From: Myxococcota bacterium
GTDB taxonomy: Bacteria > Myxococcota_A > SURF-8
Reading direction: 5' to 3'
NCBI GenBank assembly: GCA_965140415.1
Contig: OZ223209.1
Coordinates: 288,001 to 352,000, forward strand
Length of the DNA: 64,000 nt
This document shows, in pieces, positions 20,100 through 30,909 of this stretch. Each line of letters begins with the position of its first letter. Within the stretch, counting starts at the first letter, position 1. The notes beneath the pieces were generated by a model. The model saw only the letters and a list, made by a program, of their open reading frames with translations, was not told the DNA's origin and did not search any database. Position numbers and translations under genes: made by a program.

Positions 20100-20944
20100 C
20101 CTTCATACAACAAAACGTTATCGATCAGCCGAACCGGACCGAAATGTGCGGCGACCGCCATCACTGCGGGTCGATCCAACTGCACAAGCGCGTTCAGATC
20201 GTCTGTGGAAACAATTTGGACGTAGTCGATCTTTCCCGAACCAGCCTGTTGAATCTTTTCGCTTACTTCCGCGATCAGTTTTTCGACATCCCGCTCCCCG
20301 GCCTGCACTGCGTCTTTGGCCGCGAACAACGCCTGTGAAATCACCACGGCGCGGCGGCGATCGTCTTCGGACAAGCGCGCGTTGCGGGAACTCATGGCCA
20401 GACCGTCGGCCTCACGCACGGTGGGAAAACCGATCACTTCGATATCGAAGTCCAGATCGCGCACCATGCGGCGGATGATCGCCAACTGCTGGAAATCCTT
20501 GGCTCCGAAAACGGTGTGAGTGGGTTGCACGACATTGAACAGTTTCGTGACCACCGTGGCGACACCGCGAAAATGTCCGGGGCGCGTCGTTCCGCAGAGT
20601 TCGCGCTCCAAATCTTTCAATTGAACGTAGCTCGCGTATCCCGGCGGGTACATTTCTTCTGCGGAGGGGTAATAGACCACCTCGCAGCCTTCATCGCGGC
20701 ACTTTTGCAGATCGCCTTCTTCGTCGCGCGGGTATTTCTCCAGATCGCTGGGATCGTTGAACTGCGCCGGATTGACGAAAATCGAAACCACCAGCTTTTC
20801 CGCGTGGCGGTTGGATTCACGCATCAACTCCAAATGGCCTTCGTGCAAGTAGCCCATAGTGGGAACGAATCCGATAGTATGGCCCGCCATTCGCTGCTGG
20901 GTGGACCAGTCGCGCATCTGCTTAACGTGTCGAATGATCTGCAT
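20096..20944 (-). CDS. panC: Pantoate--beta-alanine ligase
   Basis: VPTMGYLHEGH, RPGHFRGV, FGAKDFQQ, GLAMSSRN and RLIDN. Confidence 0.97.
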   Translation of the reverse strand: MQIIRHVKQMRDWSTQQRMAGHTIGFVPTMGYLHEGHLELMRESNRHAEKLVVSIFVNPAQFNDPSDLEKYPRDEEGDLQKCRDEGCEVVYYPSAEEMYPPGYASYVQLKDLERELCGTTRPGHFRGVATVVTKLFNVVQPTHTVFGAKDFQQLAIIRRMVRDLDFDIEVIGFPTVREADGLAMSSRNARLSEDDRRRAVVISQALFAAKDAVQAGERDVEKLIAEVSEKIQQAGSGKIDYVQIVSTDDLNALVQLDRPAVMAVAAHFGPVRLIDNVLLYEG

Positions 20945-21004
20945 GGTCGTTTCCTGTTATCGGTAAAGGGCCGCCCGTCGCGTTACCAAAGACGGCGGCA
21001 GGGA

Positions 21005-21679
21005 TCAATCGTTTTTACGGGGTCGTAACGGAAGATTGGTTTGCGGGCTGAAGTGATGCACTCCGCCCTTGATCGACTGGATTTTCTCGTATAATTCCAC
21101 AAAGTCTTCCGCCTGCTCCACGAAATCGATCTGTTCGGTGTTCACCATCAACAGCGGCGTTTCGCGATAGCTGAAGAAATAGTTGTTGTAGGCATTGACC
21201 ACCCCCTCCAGGTAATGAGGGGTCATCGACGATTCATACTTCTTGCCGCGCTTGTTGACCCGTTCGATCAGACGTTCCACCGAGGCGTACAGGTACACCA
21301 CCAGATCCGGTTGAACCGGCGCTTCCTCGTTGACGACATGCTCGTAAAGCCGGTTGTACAGTTTCAACTCGGCGGCAGAGAGCGTCAATTCCGCGAACAA
21401 GCGATCCTTTTCGAACAGGTAATCGGAGACGGTGTTTTCGTGGAACAGATCGGGTTGAAAGAGTTCCTGCTGCTGTTTCCAGCGAGAAAGCAGAAAGAAA
21501 ACCTGGGTTTGGAACGCACGCTGTTTGATGTTACCGTAATAATCGTGCAGGAACGGATTTTCCTCCACGTTTTCCATCACCATGCGCGCATCGAGCTTGG
21601 CCGCCAGCATTTCCGCCAACGTACTCTTACCCACCCCGATGGGGCCTTCGACCACAATGTATTTCGGCTTGTTCGCCAC
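21005..21679 (-). CDS. Deoxynucleoside kinase
   Basis: P-loop EGPIGVGKST, Q.FFLLSR and PDLVVYL. Confidence 0.92.
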   Translation of the reverse strand: MANKPKYIVVEGPIGVGKSTLAEMLAAKLDARMVMENVEENPFLHDYYGNIKQRAFQTQVFFLLSRWKQQQELFQPDLFHENTVSDYLFEKDRLFAELTLSAAELKLYNRLYEHVVNEEAPVQPDLVVYLYASVERLIERVNKRGKKYESSMTPHYLEGVVNAYNNYFFSYRETPLLMVNTEQIDFVEQAEDFVELYEKIQSIKGGVHHFSPQTNLPLRPRKND

Positions 21680-21779
21680 CGTTTACCCCGTATCAAAAAC
21701 GTTGACAGTAGTATACCCAAACCGCCCGGCTTGTAAATGAACTTTCGGCAGCCTTTTTTACCGCTGGACGAGGCGGAAA

Positions 21780-23309
21780 TCAGGCCGGCTCGGCGTCTTT
21801 ATCCTGCGGATCGTCCGGCGAATCTTCGTCGTGATCGGAAAGCACTTCAACACCTTCTCCGCCCTGAATCACCTTTTTCAGCAGCAAGATCAAAATCGGC
21901 GACGAAATCGTCATCAAGCCGATAATGTACCACATTATCTCGCCCTGACAGACGTGATGCGCCACCTCTCCATCGCACATCCAGCGCACGACTTCCCCGG
22001 TGCATTCTCCATTGACCATCTCGCCCAGGCAGTGGTTTTCAAGCACCGTTCCCTTGCAATCCGGCGTTTGCGGGCAGTAGCCGTTCAGCATATAACCACT
22101 GACGCCACCGACCATCAACTTGGCAATAAACATCGGTGCCGCGGAAAGCGCCATGTAGGAACCTTCTCTTCCCTTTGGCGCGATCATGGCCGTGTATTCA
22201 TACAGGCGCGGTGACCAGAACGCCTCGCCGATACTGAGCAGCACCACAAAACCGATGGCGGCCCAATACGGAGTGATCGAATCCAGAATGGGAATGGAAC
22301 CGATACACAGGAAAAAGACCGACAGGCCCGAGACAATGGTGCCCCAGACAATCATTTTGAAGGCCGGAACCTTTGCCGTAAGGGCGGTGACAATCGGGAC
22401 GATAAAGATAATAAGGAATGGATTGATGCCGATAATGGTTCCCCAGGGCGCATCGAAACCGAAGGTGCGTTCCATGTATTTGGGGAAGGTGGCGTCCATA
22501 TGACGGAAGATGAAGCGAACGCCGATCAATAACACGATGAACAGCAGAAAACGCCAGAAACGCGACGTGCTGGCGATTTCCCACATGATTTGCCAGGGCG
22601 TACCGGTTTTCGGCTTGAATTTCTGAGCCGCACCTTCCTGAGACACATCGATTTCACGAATGAAGAAGACGGAGACAATCAACATCAATAACGTGGCGAT
22701 AGTGCCTGAAAGCAGCAGCAGGCGATAAGGCGTCAGATGCACCATGCTCCACATACCGAAGAAGTTGGTGTCGATACCTTCGCGGAAACCTTCGCGGAAG
22801 CCATCTACCGCCGGAGCCGCCACCAGCGCGGCCACGTTCATCATGACGTAAAACAGCGAAAATCCGAAGGAACGGTTGCTGTCGTTGGTATAACGCCGGA
22901 TACCGGTCATCATAACGGGAATGCCAAGCGCAGTTCCCAATGGCAGCGCGGAATACAACATCGCCGACATCACGTAAGTGTTTGTAGTGACAGTCAAAAT
23001 GAATCGACTCGCCAGCAGGATCACCGAACCCAGGATCATCGATTTGCGCACGCCGAGATTGTCGATAACGAAACCGATCAACAGACCGTACACGGAAATC
23101 AGCATGCCGAACAGGCCATAGGCCCAGCCCGCTTCTACATCGGTAAAGCCGAATTCCTTGGACAGGTACATCACCAGCACGTAGGACATCGAAAAGTAGG
23201 CGTAGCTCTCCAGAAACTTCAGACCGTAAACGATCCACAGCTCGCGCGGCGCGCCCTTGAGTACGGCAAAACGTTGAAAGAAGGGTACTTTTTCTTCAGC
23301 AGCGGCCAT
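21780..23309 (-). CDS. MFS transporter, POT/PTR-like
   Basis: About 12 TM helices. FLESYAYF, GFSLFYVMMNV, INP, GEAFWSPR and APKGREGSYM. Confidence 0.85.
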   Translation of the reverse strand: MAAAEEKVPFFQRFAVLKGAPRELWIVYGLKFLESYAYFSMSYVLVMYLSKEFGFTDVEAGWAYGLFGMLISVYGLLIGFVIDNLGVRKSMILGSVILLASRFILTVTTNTYVMSAMLYSALPLGTALGIPVMMTGIRRYTNDSNRSFGFSLFYVMMNVAALVAAPAVDGFREGFREGIDTNFFGMWSMVHLTPYRLLLLSGTIATLLMLIVSVFFIREIDVSQEGAAQKFKPKTGTPWQIMWEIASTSRFWRFLLFIVLLIGVRFIFRHMDATFPKYMERTFGFDAPWGTIIGINPFLIIFIVPIVTALTAKVPAFKMIVWGTIVSGLSVFFLCIGSIPILDSITPYWAAIGFVVLLSIGEAFWSPRLYEYTAMIAPKGREGSYMALSAAPMFIAKLMVGGVSGYMLNGYCPQTPDCKGTVLENHCLGEMVNGECTGEVVRWMCDGEVAHHVCQGEIMWYIIGLMTISSPILILLLKKVIQGGEGVEVLSDHDEDSPDDPQDKDAEPA

Positions 23310-23508
23310 GATCGTCACCTGTTGGGTTGGGGGTTGTCCTCCACTCGACTCTGCAAAAAATTCACTTTAGAATCCCATAGAAATGTGTCTGTAGTCATAT
23401 CTCGGAACCGGGTTTGGGGTCAAGCGTTTTCGGGGGAATGGCGGGTTGACGCCTCGCCGCTACAGACAACATCAATGGTAATGATTGAGAACTTACGAGA
23501 AATTTCTC

Positions 23509-24075
23509 TTAACTGTTAGAGGATAACAGCTTTTCACGCACCTGGGCGCGGCTACGCTTCAATCGGGATTTGACAGCGTCCTCGCTCAAATTGAAATGCT
23601 CGGCGAGTTGCCGGATGGATTCGTCCATGCCTTCATGACGAAACAGCAGTTCCCGGTTCACGCCCTCCAGCTTGTCGAGAGCTTCGTGTAAGCGCTCTCC
23701 CTGCTCACCCAGGATCAAGGATTCTTCCTGGTTCTGATCGCCGTTGTCTAAAAGAGATTCCTCCATGGAATAGTGCAGATTGGGATCGTTTATCTTGCCG
23801 CGCCGAACGCGCGCGCAGGAAGAGATCACGATTTTTTTCAGCCAGGCTTCCAAAGGCGCCTCACCCCGGTAGCCTCCAAGCGAGGTCATCATGGTCAACA
23901 TCGTTTCCTGCAACGAATCCTGAGCCAGTTCATTATCTCGGCAGCGAGCCAGGGCAAAGTTGGAAAGTTGCCGGTGAAAACAGTGGGCTACCTGTTCGAT
24001 CAATGATTGGTCCGGCTCCGTTTCCCGCAATAACGTTGCGAAATCCGGACATTTATTATCTCGATTCGAACTCAT
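23509..24075 (-). CDS. ECF RNA polymerase sigma factor
   Basis: AQDSLQET, YRGEAPLEAWL (region 2) and SEDAVKSRLKRSR (region 4). Confidence 0.88.
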   Translation of the reverse strand: MSSNRDNKCPDFATLLRETEPDQSLIEQVAHCFHRQLSNFALARCRDNELAQDSLQETMLTMMTSLGGYRGEAPLEAWLKKIVISSCARVRRGKINDPNLHYSMEESLLDNGDQNQEESLILGEQGERLHEALDKLEGVNRELLFRHEGMDESIRQLAEHFNLSEDAVKSRLKRSRAQVREKLLSSNS

Positions 24076-24321
24076 TCGACTTTCCTTTGAAAACGACTTC
24101 GCACCCTGCATAGCACGAAGCTCGACAGGAGGCAAGAGACAGCATCGCTGAAAACCGGTAAGACGAGCTTTTGTCAAATTCTTCTCAAAGGCCTGTGAAA
24201 CTCCAAGTCACTTTTTTACATTTTCTGCGACACCAATTCGATCCGAACTGGCTCCTGTTAAGGCGGAAGCAAAGTCACACAGTCCGCAGCACAATTAGCA
24301 AATTATCCGGGAGACAACGGA

Positions 24322-25722
24322 ATGACGCGAGTTGATGAAATGAAATTGTTTGTAATGATGTTGATAATTCTAGGAATTTCAGGAATTCCGCAGCTGTCCC
24401 GCGCAGAAGAAATGACTTTGGAAACCTGTTTTGAACGAGCGTTGGAGCATAATGAGAATTTAAAAGCGGCGCGTCTGGAGATTCAAGCTCGCGAACACGA
24501 CAGCAAAAGCGTTCGCAGCCATTTTCTTCCCGTTTTACGAGCGGAAGCCAACGCCCTGTTCTGGGATTCGGGCAATCGCTACAGTTTCGATGTAAGTGGT
24601 TTTCAACAGCTTTTCGATGGTTTTGCCGGACAGCTCGGTTTTTCACCGGCTCCGCAAGTCCCGCCCATGGAAGTTCAAGTCCGCGAGGATATTACCATCG
24701 ATACGACCGTGATGCTGATCCAGCCCCTGACCCAGTTGGTTCAACTTGCCTATGGATTTAAAGCCACCGAACAAATGGCCCAGGCTGCCCGCGCGGAAGG
24801 TCTGACCGAACGTCATCACCTGGAGCTGGAAGTCGTCAAGTCCTTCTTCGCGAATTTGAGCGCCAAGGAAATGCTGCTTTCCGTGGAACAGGCACAAAAA
24901 CAGGTGGAAGCCTATATCGAACAGACTCAGAACTATTTGGAAAGCGGCCTGGTGGAAAAGGACGCCATGCTGAAGATTCAAGTGCAGGCAGCGGAATTGA
25001 AGCAGGCCCGCCTGCAAGCCGAAAAGGGCGTGCGCCTTACGACGGCGATGCTGAACATGTTGATGGGCCGCCCGCTAGACGCCGACTTGTCACTGTATTG
25101 CGCCAGATGCAAAAACCCGTCCCTGCAATTAGAAGAAACCCTGGATAGCCAGCAGAGAGCCGCCGTGGAAAATCGTCCGGAGCTGATGAACGCTCGTTAT
25201 CAGGCCACGGCAGCCCAGCATGCACGCTCGGTCGCCATTGGAGAAATGTTGCCTGAAATCAATCTGGTAGCCGCCTACAAGAACAATTATGGCATGGGCG
25301 ATCTGATGCAGGAAAACGAGTTTTTCGGCGGGGTCATGCTGACTTGGAATGTCTGGGATTGGGGCGCAGGCTACCACAAAGTGAAAGCTGCTGAGTTGCG
25401 GCGCGATCGCGCTCAAGCCAAGATTCGCGCCGCCGAGGACGGTATCCGGCTGGAAGTGGAACAGAAACGGCTGGATCTGAAAAATGCCAACGCGTTGTAT
25501 GAAGTGGCCATGAGCAAGCTGCTGCTTGCCGAGGAAAACCTGCGTCTTGAGACCAATCGTTATGCCGCCCAGCAAACCACCACGACGGATCTGCTTTCCG
25601 CTCAAACTGCCGAACTTCGCGCCAGAAACGATGTCACCGTGGCTGCGATGACCATCGAGGTGGCGCGTCGGGATTTAATGAAAACGCAAGGCATGGATTT
25701 GTTTGAAGACGAAACGAAATAG
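24322..25722 (+). CDS. TolC-family outer membrane efflux protein
   Basis: Signal peptide, 'MTLETCFERALEHN', duplicated OEP pattern, first gene of the RND operon. Confidence 0.9.
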   Translation: MTRVDEMKLFVMMLIILGISGIPQLSRAEEMTLETCFERALEHNENLKAARLEIQAREHDSKSVRSHFLPVLRAEANALFWDSGNRYSFDVSGFQQLFDGFAGQLGFSPAPQVPPMEVQVREDITIDTTVMLIQPLTQLVQLAYGFKATEQMAQAARAEGLTERHHLELEVVKSFFANLSAKEMLLSVEQAQKQVEAYIEQTQNYLESGLVEKDAMLKIQVQAAELKQARLQAEKGVRLTTAMLNMLMGRPLDADLSLYCARCKNPSLQLEETLDSQQRAAVENRPELMNARYQATAAQHARSVAIGEMLPEINLVAAYKNNYGMGDLMQENEFFGGVMLTWNVWDWGAGYHKVKAAELRRDRAQAKIRAAEDGIRLEVEQKRLDLKNANALYEVAMSKLLLAEENLRLETNRYAAQQTTTTDLLSAQTAELRARNDVTVAAMTIEVARRDLMKTQGMDLFEDETK

Positions 25723-25809
25723 TACGCATTGCAAAACGAAGATACCGAATCGATTCCCGGTTCGGACAAGGATTGAGGATTACGCAATTTCGACCGGAGG
25801 AAATGAAAC

Positions 25810-26898
25810 ATGAGGCAAGGTATTGTATGGACATTGGCGCTGGTGCTTATAAGCGGGGTTTCGCTTGGGGCCTGCTCGGAGCATCAAAGCATCTCTTTGG
25901 AGAAACCGCTTCCGACTGCCGTGGTCTCGGTAACGGAAGTTGAACCGAGTGCCGACGCAGCGTTTTTCCATGCCGTCGGTCGGGTTAAAAACGTGCGTGA
26001 ATCCACCATCTCCGCGAAAGTAATGGGAAAAGTGACCCAGATCCGCGTGAAGGCCGGTGACAAGGTCAAGGCCGGAGAGGTACTGGCGCGCATCGACGAT
26101 CGCGACTCGCGAGGGCGGGTCGAGCAGGCGCGAGGCGCATTGGCTCAGGCAAAAGCCGCAAAGAAAATCGCCAGACAGATGCTCGACCGCATCGAAAAGT
26201 TGAAAGAACAGGATTCGACCAGCCAGGCGAAATACGACAAAGCCCAGTTCGACTATCAGTCCGCAGTCGGTGCGGTATCCCAGGCGCAGGGCGCCTTGCA
26301 AACGGCGGAAAGCTATTTGCGGGAAACCGTGATCAAAGCTCCGTTTTCCGGTGCAATTGTGGACACCATGATCGAAGTCGGCGAGATGGCTTCGCCCGGT
26401 TATCCCATTCTGCGCATGGAAGGCGCGCCGGATCTGGAATTCGAAGCCACCGTCAACGGCCAGGATATCGAGTCGCTCTCGGTGGGACAGAAAGTGGTGG
26501 TCGATCTGGATGTCGCCAGGGACGAAAAGAAGGAAATTGCAGGCGAAATCCGTGAAATCGTGCCGAGCCAGGACCAGATCACGCACTCGTCACTGGTGCG
26601 CATCCACTTGAATACAAAAGAGAAATTGCGTAGCGGCATGTTCGGACGCGCCCAGTTCCAACGGAGCGTGGGTAGTTGCCTGGGCTTGTTGATTCCGGAA
26701 AACAGGGTGCTGCGTAATGGCCAGCTTTCGGCGGTGTTCGTACTGGATGACAATCACATTCGCCTGCGGCTGATCAAGGAAGGCCGCAAACAGGCTGACC
26801 GGGTGGAAGTGCTCGCCGGATTGAAAGCGGGCGACCGACTGGTGGCAAGCGAACTAGATGATCTGATCGACGGTCAACCGGCGACAACGGTGCAGTAA
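25810..26898 (+). CDS. RND periplasmic adaptor (MFP)
   Basis: ISAKVMGKV...VKAGEVLARID, IKAPFSG, LRSGMFG and VEVLAGL. Confidence 0.92.
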   Translation: MRQGIVWTLALVLISGVSLGACSEHQSISLEKPLPTAVVSVTEVEPSADAAFFHAVGRVKNVRESTISAKVMGKVTQIRVKAGDKVKAGEVLARIDDRDSRGRVEQARGALAQAKAAKKIARQMLDRIEKLKEQDSTSQAKYDKAQFDYQSAVGAVSQAQGALQTAESYLRETVIKAPFSGAIVDTMIEVGEMASPGYPILRMEGAPDLEFEATVNGQDIESLSVGQKVVVDLDVARDEKKEIAGEIREIVPSQDQITHSSLVRIHLNTKEKLRSGMFGRAQFQRSVGSCLGLLIPENRVLRNGQLSAVFVLDDNHIRLRLIKEGRKQADRVEVLAGLKAGDRLVASELDDLIDGQPATTVQ

Positions 26899-26918
26899 AC
26901 GTGGAAGGTGGAAAATCA

Positions 26919-29900
26919 ATGGCGGATACCAACGAACAAAACGAGCGCAACCGCAGACGCTTCGAGCGCAAGGAAGTCGGAACTGCAGGAAAGATTGCGG
27001 CGGCGTTTCAGGATAGCAAGCTAACCCCGATTCTCATTTTCGCATCGCTCTTTCTGGGATTCTTTGCAACCCTGATTACTCCCAGAGAGGAAGAGCCCCA
27101 GATTGTCGTTCCGATGGTGGATATTTTCACCATGGCTCCGGGGCTGGCATCCGAAGAGATCGAACAACTGGTCAGTACACCGATGGAAAAACTGCTTTGG
27201 GAGATTCCCGGTGTAGACGATGTTTACTCTACCAGCCGTCCGAACATGTCCATGGTCATCGTACGCTTTCACGTCGGTGAAGACGAAGAGGACAGCCTGG
27301 TCAAGATCTACAACAAAATCCAGGGAAACATGGATCGCATTCCCATCGGCGTGCAGCAGCCGCTGATCAAACTGCGCGGTATCGACGATGTGCCCGTAAT
27401 GGCCGTTACGTTGCACTCGCGAGAATACGACGGATACTTCCTGCGTCAGGTCGCAGGCGAGGTCGCCACGGAATTGAAAAAGGCCGAGGATGTCAGCGAA
27501 GTTACGATCATCGGCGGGGAACCGCGACAGATCAAAGTCGAGCTGGACCCGGAGCGATTGTCGGGTTACATGCTGAGTCCCTTGCAGGTGTATCAGGCCA
27601 TTCATCGCGACAACCAGAATCTGTCGGCAGGCGCATTCGATCGCGGCGGAGTGAACTTCCTTGTTGAGGTAGGCGACTTCTTCCGTAATGCCGAGGAAGT
27701 CGGCAATACGGTAGTAGCCGTGTACAACAACCGCCCGGTGTACCTGTCGGATGTCGCCGAGATCACGGATGGTCCGGCTGAAGTTTCCAACTACGTGCTG
27801 CACCTGGATGGCGCAGCCAAGGGCGAAAAGGCGGATCGCGTGACGAGCGGGGGTGGCTGGCCCATGCAGGAAGAGCAGGCGGTGACCATCAGTATCGCCA
27901 AACGCACGGGTGCAAATGCCACGTGGTTGACGAAACATTTGCAGAAACGCTTGAAGGATTTCGAAGGGTCGTTGATCGTAAGCGGGATCGATTATGAAAT
28001 CACACGTGATTACGGTAAAACGGCGGAGGAAAAAAGCAATGAGTTGATCTTCCACATGGCGCTGGCGACTGTTTCGGTGGTGATTCTGATGTGGATTTTC
28101 CTGGGATTCAAGGAGGCGCTGGTCGTACTTGTAGCCGTGCCGGTCACTTTGGCGTTAACCCTGTTCATCAGTTACTTCTTCGGCTATACATTGAACCGGG
28201 TCACGCTGTTCGCCTTGATTTTCGCCATCGGGATTCTGGTAGACGATGCCATTGTGGTAGTGGAGAACATCCATCGCCACTTCCGAATGGGCTGGGGCGA
28301 TTTGAAGACAATTACCCCCTTCGCCACCGATGAAGTCGGCAATCCCACTATCCTGGCCACCTTCACCGTCATCTTTGCGTTAATGCCCATGGCCTTCGTC
28401 TCCGGCATGATGGGTCCCTACATGAGCCCGATTCCGATCAACGCCAGCGCGGCCATGATTTTCAGTTTGCTGGTGGCTTTTATCGTAACCCCCTGGATGA
28501 CCAAACGCCTGCTGGCGATCAGCGAGCGCAGAGCCAACCGAAAACATGCCAAGCCTTCTCACCCGGGTGAACCCGGCGACGAGCACGATTCTCCGGTGCT
28601 AGTGGGTCGCGTATATCGCGCCATCGTAAGCCCCATGGTGGATCATGCCGGTATTCGCGCGGTTGCACTGGTTACCGTGGTTGCACTGCTGCTCGGCTCC
28701 ATGGCGCTTGTGTATGTTCGCGCAGTGAAAGTGAAAATGCTGCCGCATGACAACAAGTCCGAATTCCAGGTCATCATCGACACCGATGAAGGTACGACGC
28801 TGGAAGAAACGGCTGCCGTCACCCGCGAAATCGCACAGTATATCGCCAAAGATCCGGTGGTCAGCGACGCACAGATCTACGTGGGCACCGCTTCGCCGAT
28901 GAATTTCAACGGCCTGGTGCGTCATTACTTCCTGCGGGAAGGCGCAAACGTAGCGGATATCCAGGTCAACCTGGTAGACAAGCACGCCCGCAGCGAAAAG
29001 AGTCATGATATCGCCAAACGGCTACGCCCCGGAATCACGCGCATCGGCAACCGCTATGGAGCCGCCACCTTAGTGGCCGAAGTGCCTCCGGGTCCGCCGG
29101 TGCTCTCCACCATGGTCGCTGAAATCTACGGTCCGAATCTGGAAGGGCAACGGGAACTGGCGGGAGAAGTGAAAACCCTGTTCGAAAAAAGCGATGCCAT
29201 CGTGGATGTGGACTGGTACATCGAAGCTCCACAACCCGAATTCACCTTGACGGTGGATAAGGCCAAGGCGGCGCTTTCCAATGTGACCACCGAGCAGATC
29301 ACCAATACCGTCGGACTGGCGCTATACGGCAAAGCGGCGGGTCTGCTTTATACGCAGCGCGACCGGGAGCCGGTGCCGATTCACGTGCAGGTAAACCGCG
29401 ACCAGCGCAGCAGTATCGACGATCTGTCCGAAATCAAGGTGCATGGGCGCGACGGTCGCCTGGTGGCCGTGAAGGAGTTGGCAAGTCAGGATCTGCATCA
29501 GCAGTCACCTTTCATCTACCACAAAAACCTGCGGCGCGTGGTGTATGTGACCGGCGAAGTAGCCGGAGAAGAGGAAAGCCCGGTTTATGCCATTTTGGAC
29601 AACATGCCGAAAATCGATGCGCTTACAGGCCCGGACGGGCACCCGATCACCCAGGAAATGAGTGAACTGCCGGACAACGAGGCACGCTATTCGCTGAAAT
29701 GGGACGGTGAATGGCAGATCACTTACGAAGTCTTCCGCGATATGGGCATCGCTTTTGCCGTGGTACTGATTCTGATGTACGCCCTGGTCGTGGCCTGGTT
29801 CAAAAGCTTCATTACTCCGATCATCATCATGATTCCGATTCCGCTGACCTTGATCGGCATTCTGCCCGGTCATTGGCTGACAGGCACCTACTTCACCGCT

Positions 29901-30224
29901 ACAAGCATGATCGGCTTCATCGCCTTAGCTGGAATTATCGTTCGAAACTCGATTCTTATGGTCGACTTCATCGAACAGGAACTGGAGGCGGGATCGAAAT
30001 TGAAAGATGCCGTTTTAGAAGCCGGTTCGATCCGTTTCCGCCCGATCTTTTTAACTGCCGCTGCATTGGTGGTGGGAGGTGCGGTCATCCTGCTCGATCC
30101 GATCTTCAGTGGTCTGGCAGTAAGTCTGATCTTCGGTGTCGTCATTGCAACGGCACTCACGTTGGTCGTCATTCCGATCCTTTATTACATGGTTCATCAA
30201 TACATGAACAAAAAGGCCGTATAA
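26919..30224 (+). CDS. RND efflux permease (AcrB family)
   Basis: PREEEPQI, GILVDDAIVVVENI, GIIVRNSILMVDF and RFRPIFLT. Confidence 0.95.
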   Translation: MADTNEQNERNRRRFERKEVGTAGKIAAAFQDSKLTPILIFASLFLGFFATLITPREEEPQIVVPMVDIFTMAPGLASEEIEQLVSTPMEKLLWEIPGVDDVYSTSRPNMSMVIVRFHVGEDEEDSLVKIYNKIQGNMDRIPIGVQQPLIKLRGIDDVPVMAVTLHSREYDGYFLRQVAGEVATELKKAEDVSEVTIIGGEPRQIKVELDPERLSGYMLSPLQVYQAIHRDNQNLSAGAFDRGGVNFLVEVGDFFRNAEEVGNTVVAVYNNRPVYLSDVAEITDGPAEVSNYVLHLDGAAKGEKADRVTSGGGWPMQEEQAVTISIAKRTGANATWLTKHLQKRLKDFEGSLIVSGIDYEITRDYGKTAEEKSNELIFHMALATVSVVILMWIFLGFKEALVVLVAVPVTLALTLFISYFFGYTLNRVTLFALIFAIGILVDDAIVVVENIHRHFRMGWGDLKTITPFATDEVGNPTILATFTVIFALMPMAFVSGMMGPYMSPIPINASAAMIFSLLVAFIVTPWMTKRLLAISERRANRKHAKPSHPGEPGDEHDSPVLVGRVYRAIVSPMVDHAGIRAVALVTVVALLLGSMALVYVRAVKVKMLPHDNKSEFQVIIDTDEGTTLEETAAVTREIAQYIAKDPVVSDAQIYVGTASPMNFNGLVRHYFLREGANVADIQVNLVDKHARSEKSHDIAKRLRPGITRIGNRYGAATLVAEVPPGPPVLSTMVAEIYGPNLEGQRELAGEVKTLFEKSDAIVDVDWYIEAPQPEFTLTVDKAKAALSNVTTEQITNTVGLALYGKAAGLLYTQRDREPVPIHVQVNRDQRSSIDDLSEIKVHGRDGRLVAVKELASQDLHQQSPFIYHKNLRRVVYVTGEVAGEEESPVYAILDNMPKIDALTGPDGHPITQEMSELPDNEARYSLKWDGEWQITYEVFRDMGIAFAVVLILMYALVVAWFKSFITPIIIMIPIPLTLIGILPGHWLTGTYFTATSMIGFIALAGIIVRNSILMVDFIEQELEAGSKLKDAVLEAGSIRFRPIFLTAAALVVGGAVILLDPIFSGLAVSLIFGVVIATALTLVVIPILYYMVHQYMNKKAV

Positions 30225-30253
30225 GCGATGCAACCGACAAGAGAGGGTAAGTC

Positions 30254-30568
30254 ATGAACATGAATATGAAAATGCTGATCATCATTGTGGATGTTCGCTT
30301 CCGAGACGACGTGGAGACGATCCTGGAGAAACATGAAGTGAACGGTTTCAGCGAAATTCCCATGGTGCTGGGCGAAGGTTTGAGTGGCAAGCGCTTGAAT
30401 TCCCGCCTGCATCCGGATACGAACTCGATCATCTTCAGCATCGTCGAAGAATCCAAAGTGTCCTCGATCAGGCAGGATCTTCAATCTCAATGCACGGAAA
30501 ACCGGGAAGACGGCGTTTGCGCCAGCCGGGTGCATCTGGCGGTGGTGAATGTCGAAGAGTTCGTTTAA
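30254..30568 (+). CDS. PII-like transporter-associated protein
   Basis: MKMLIIIVD...GFSEIPMVLGEGLSG...P.TNSIIF fits a GlnB-like fold; lies right after the RND gene. Confidence 0.7.
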   Translation: MNMNMKMLIIIVDVRFRDDVETILEKHEVNGFSEIPMVLGEGLSGKRLNSRLHPDTNSIIFSIVEESKVSSIRQDLQSQCTENREDGVCASRVHLAVVNVEEFV

Positions 30569-30598
30569 ATCCACTATTGGTTGATTGTATAGGCAAAC

Positions 30599-30639
30599 GG
30601 GTGCCCGGGTCTTCGATTCGGCACGAATCGATGGCCCGG
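30599..30639 (+). repeat. Single GTGC-type REP unit
   Basis: GGGTGC + CCGGGTC(T)TCGATTCG-GCA-CGAATCGA(T)GGCCCGG imperfect hairpin. Confidence 0.55.
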
Positions 30640-30702
30640 TATCCTCTACCTTGCAAAAGAAAGGCCGAGCCACCCTTGGCTGTGACTCAAGCACAGGAGG
30701 CA

Positions 30703-30909
30703 ATGATGATTGTCAGCGATTATATCGCCTTGATAGCGGGAACATTCATTTTGATCAGTGTAGCGCTGGGTATCTGGGTTACACCCTGGGCTTTCGCCTT
30801 TACTGCCTTTGTCGGGGTGAACCTGGCTCAGTCGGCGTTCAGCAAAACCTGCCCGATGATTGCACTACTACGAAAACTGGGAGTTCCCAGCGAGAGAAGC
30901 GAGACTTAG
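30703..30909 (+). CDS. DUF2892 / YgaP-like small membrane protein
   Basis: RBS AGGAGG. IAGTFIL...FVGVNLAQSAFSKTCP. Confidence 0.85.
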   Translation: MMIVSDYIALIAGTFILISVALGIWVTPWAFAFTAFVGVNLAQSAFSKTCPMIALLRKLGVPSERSET

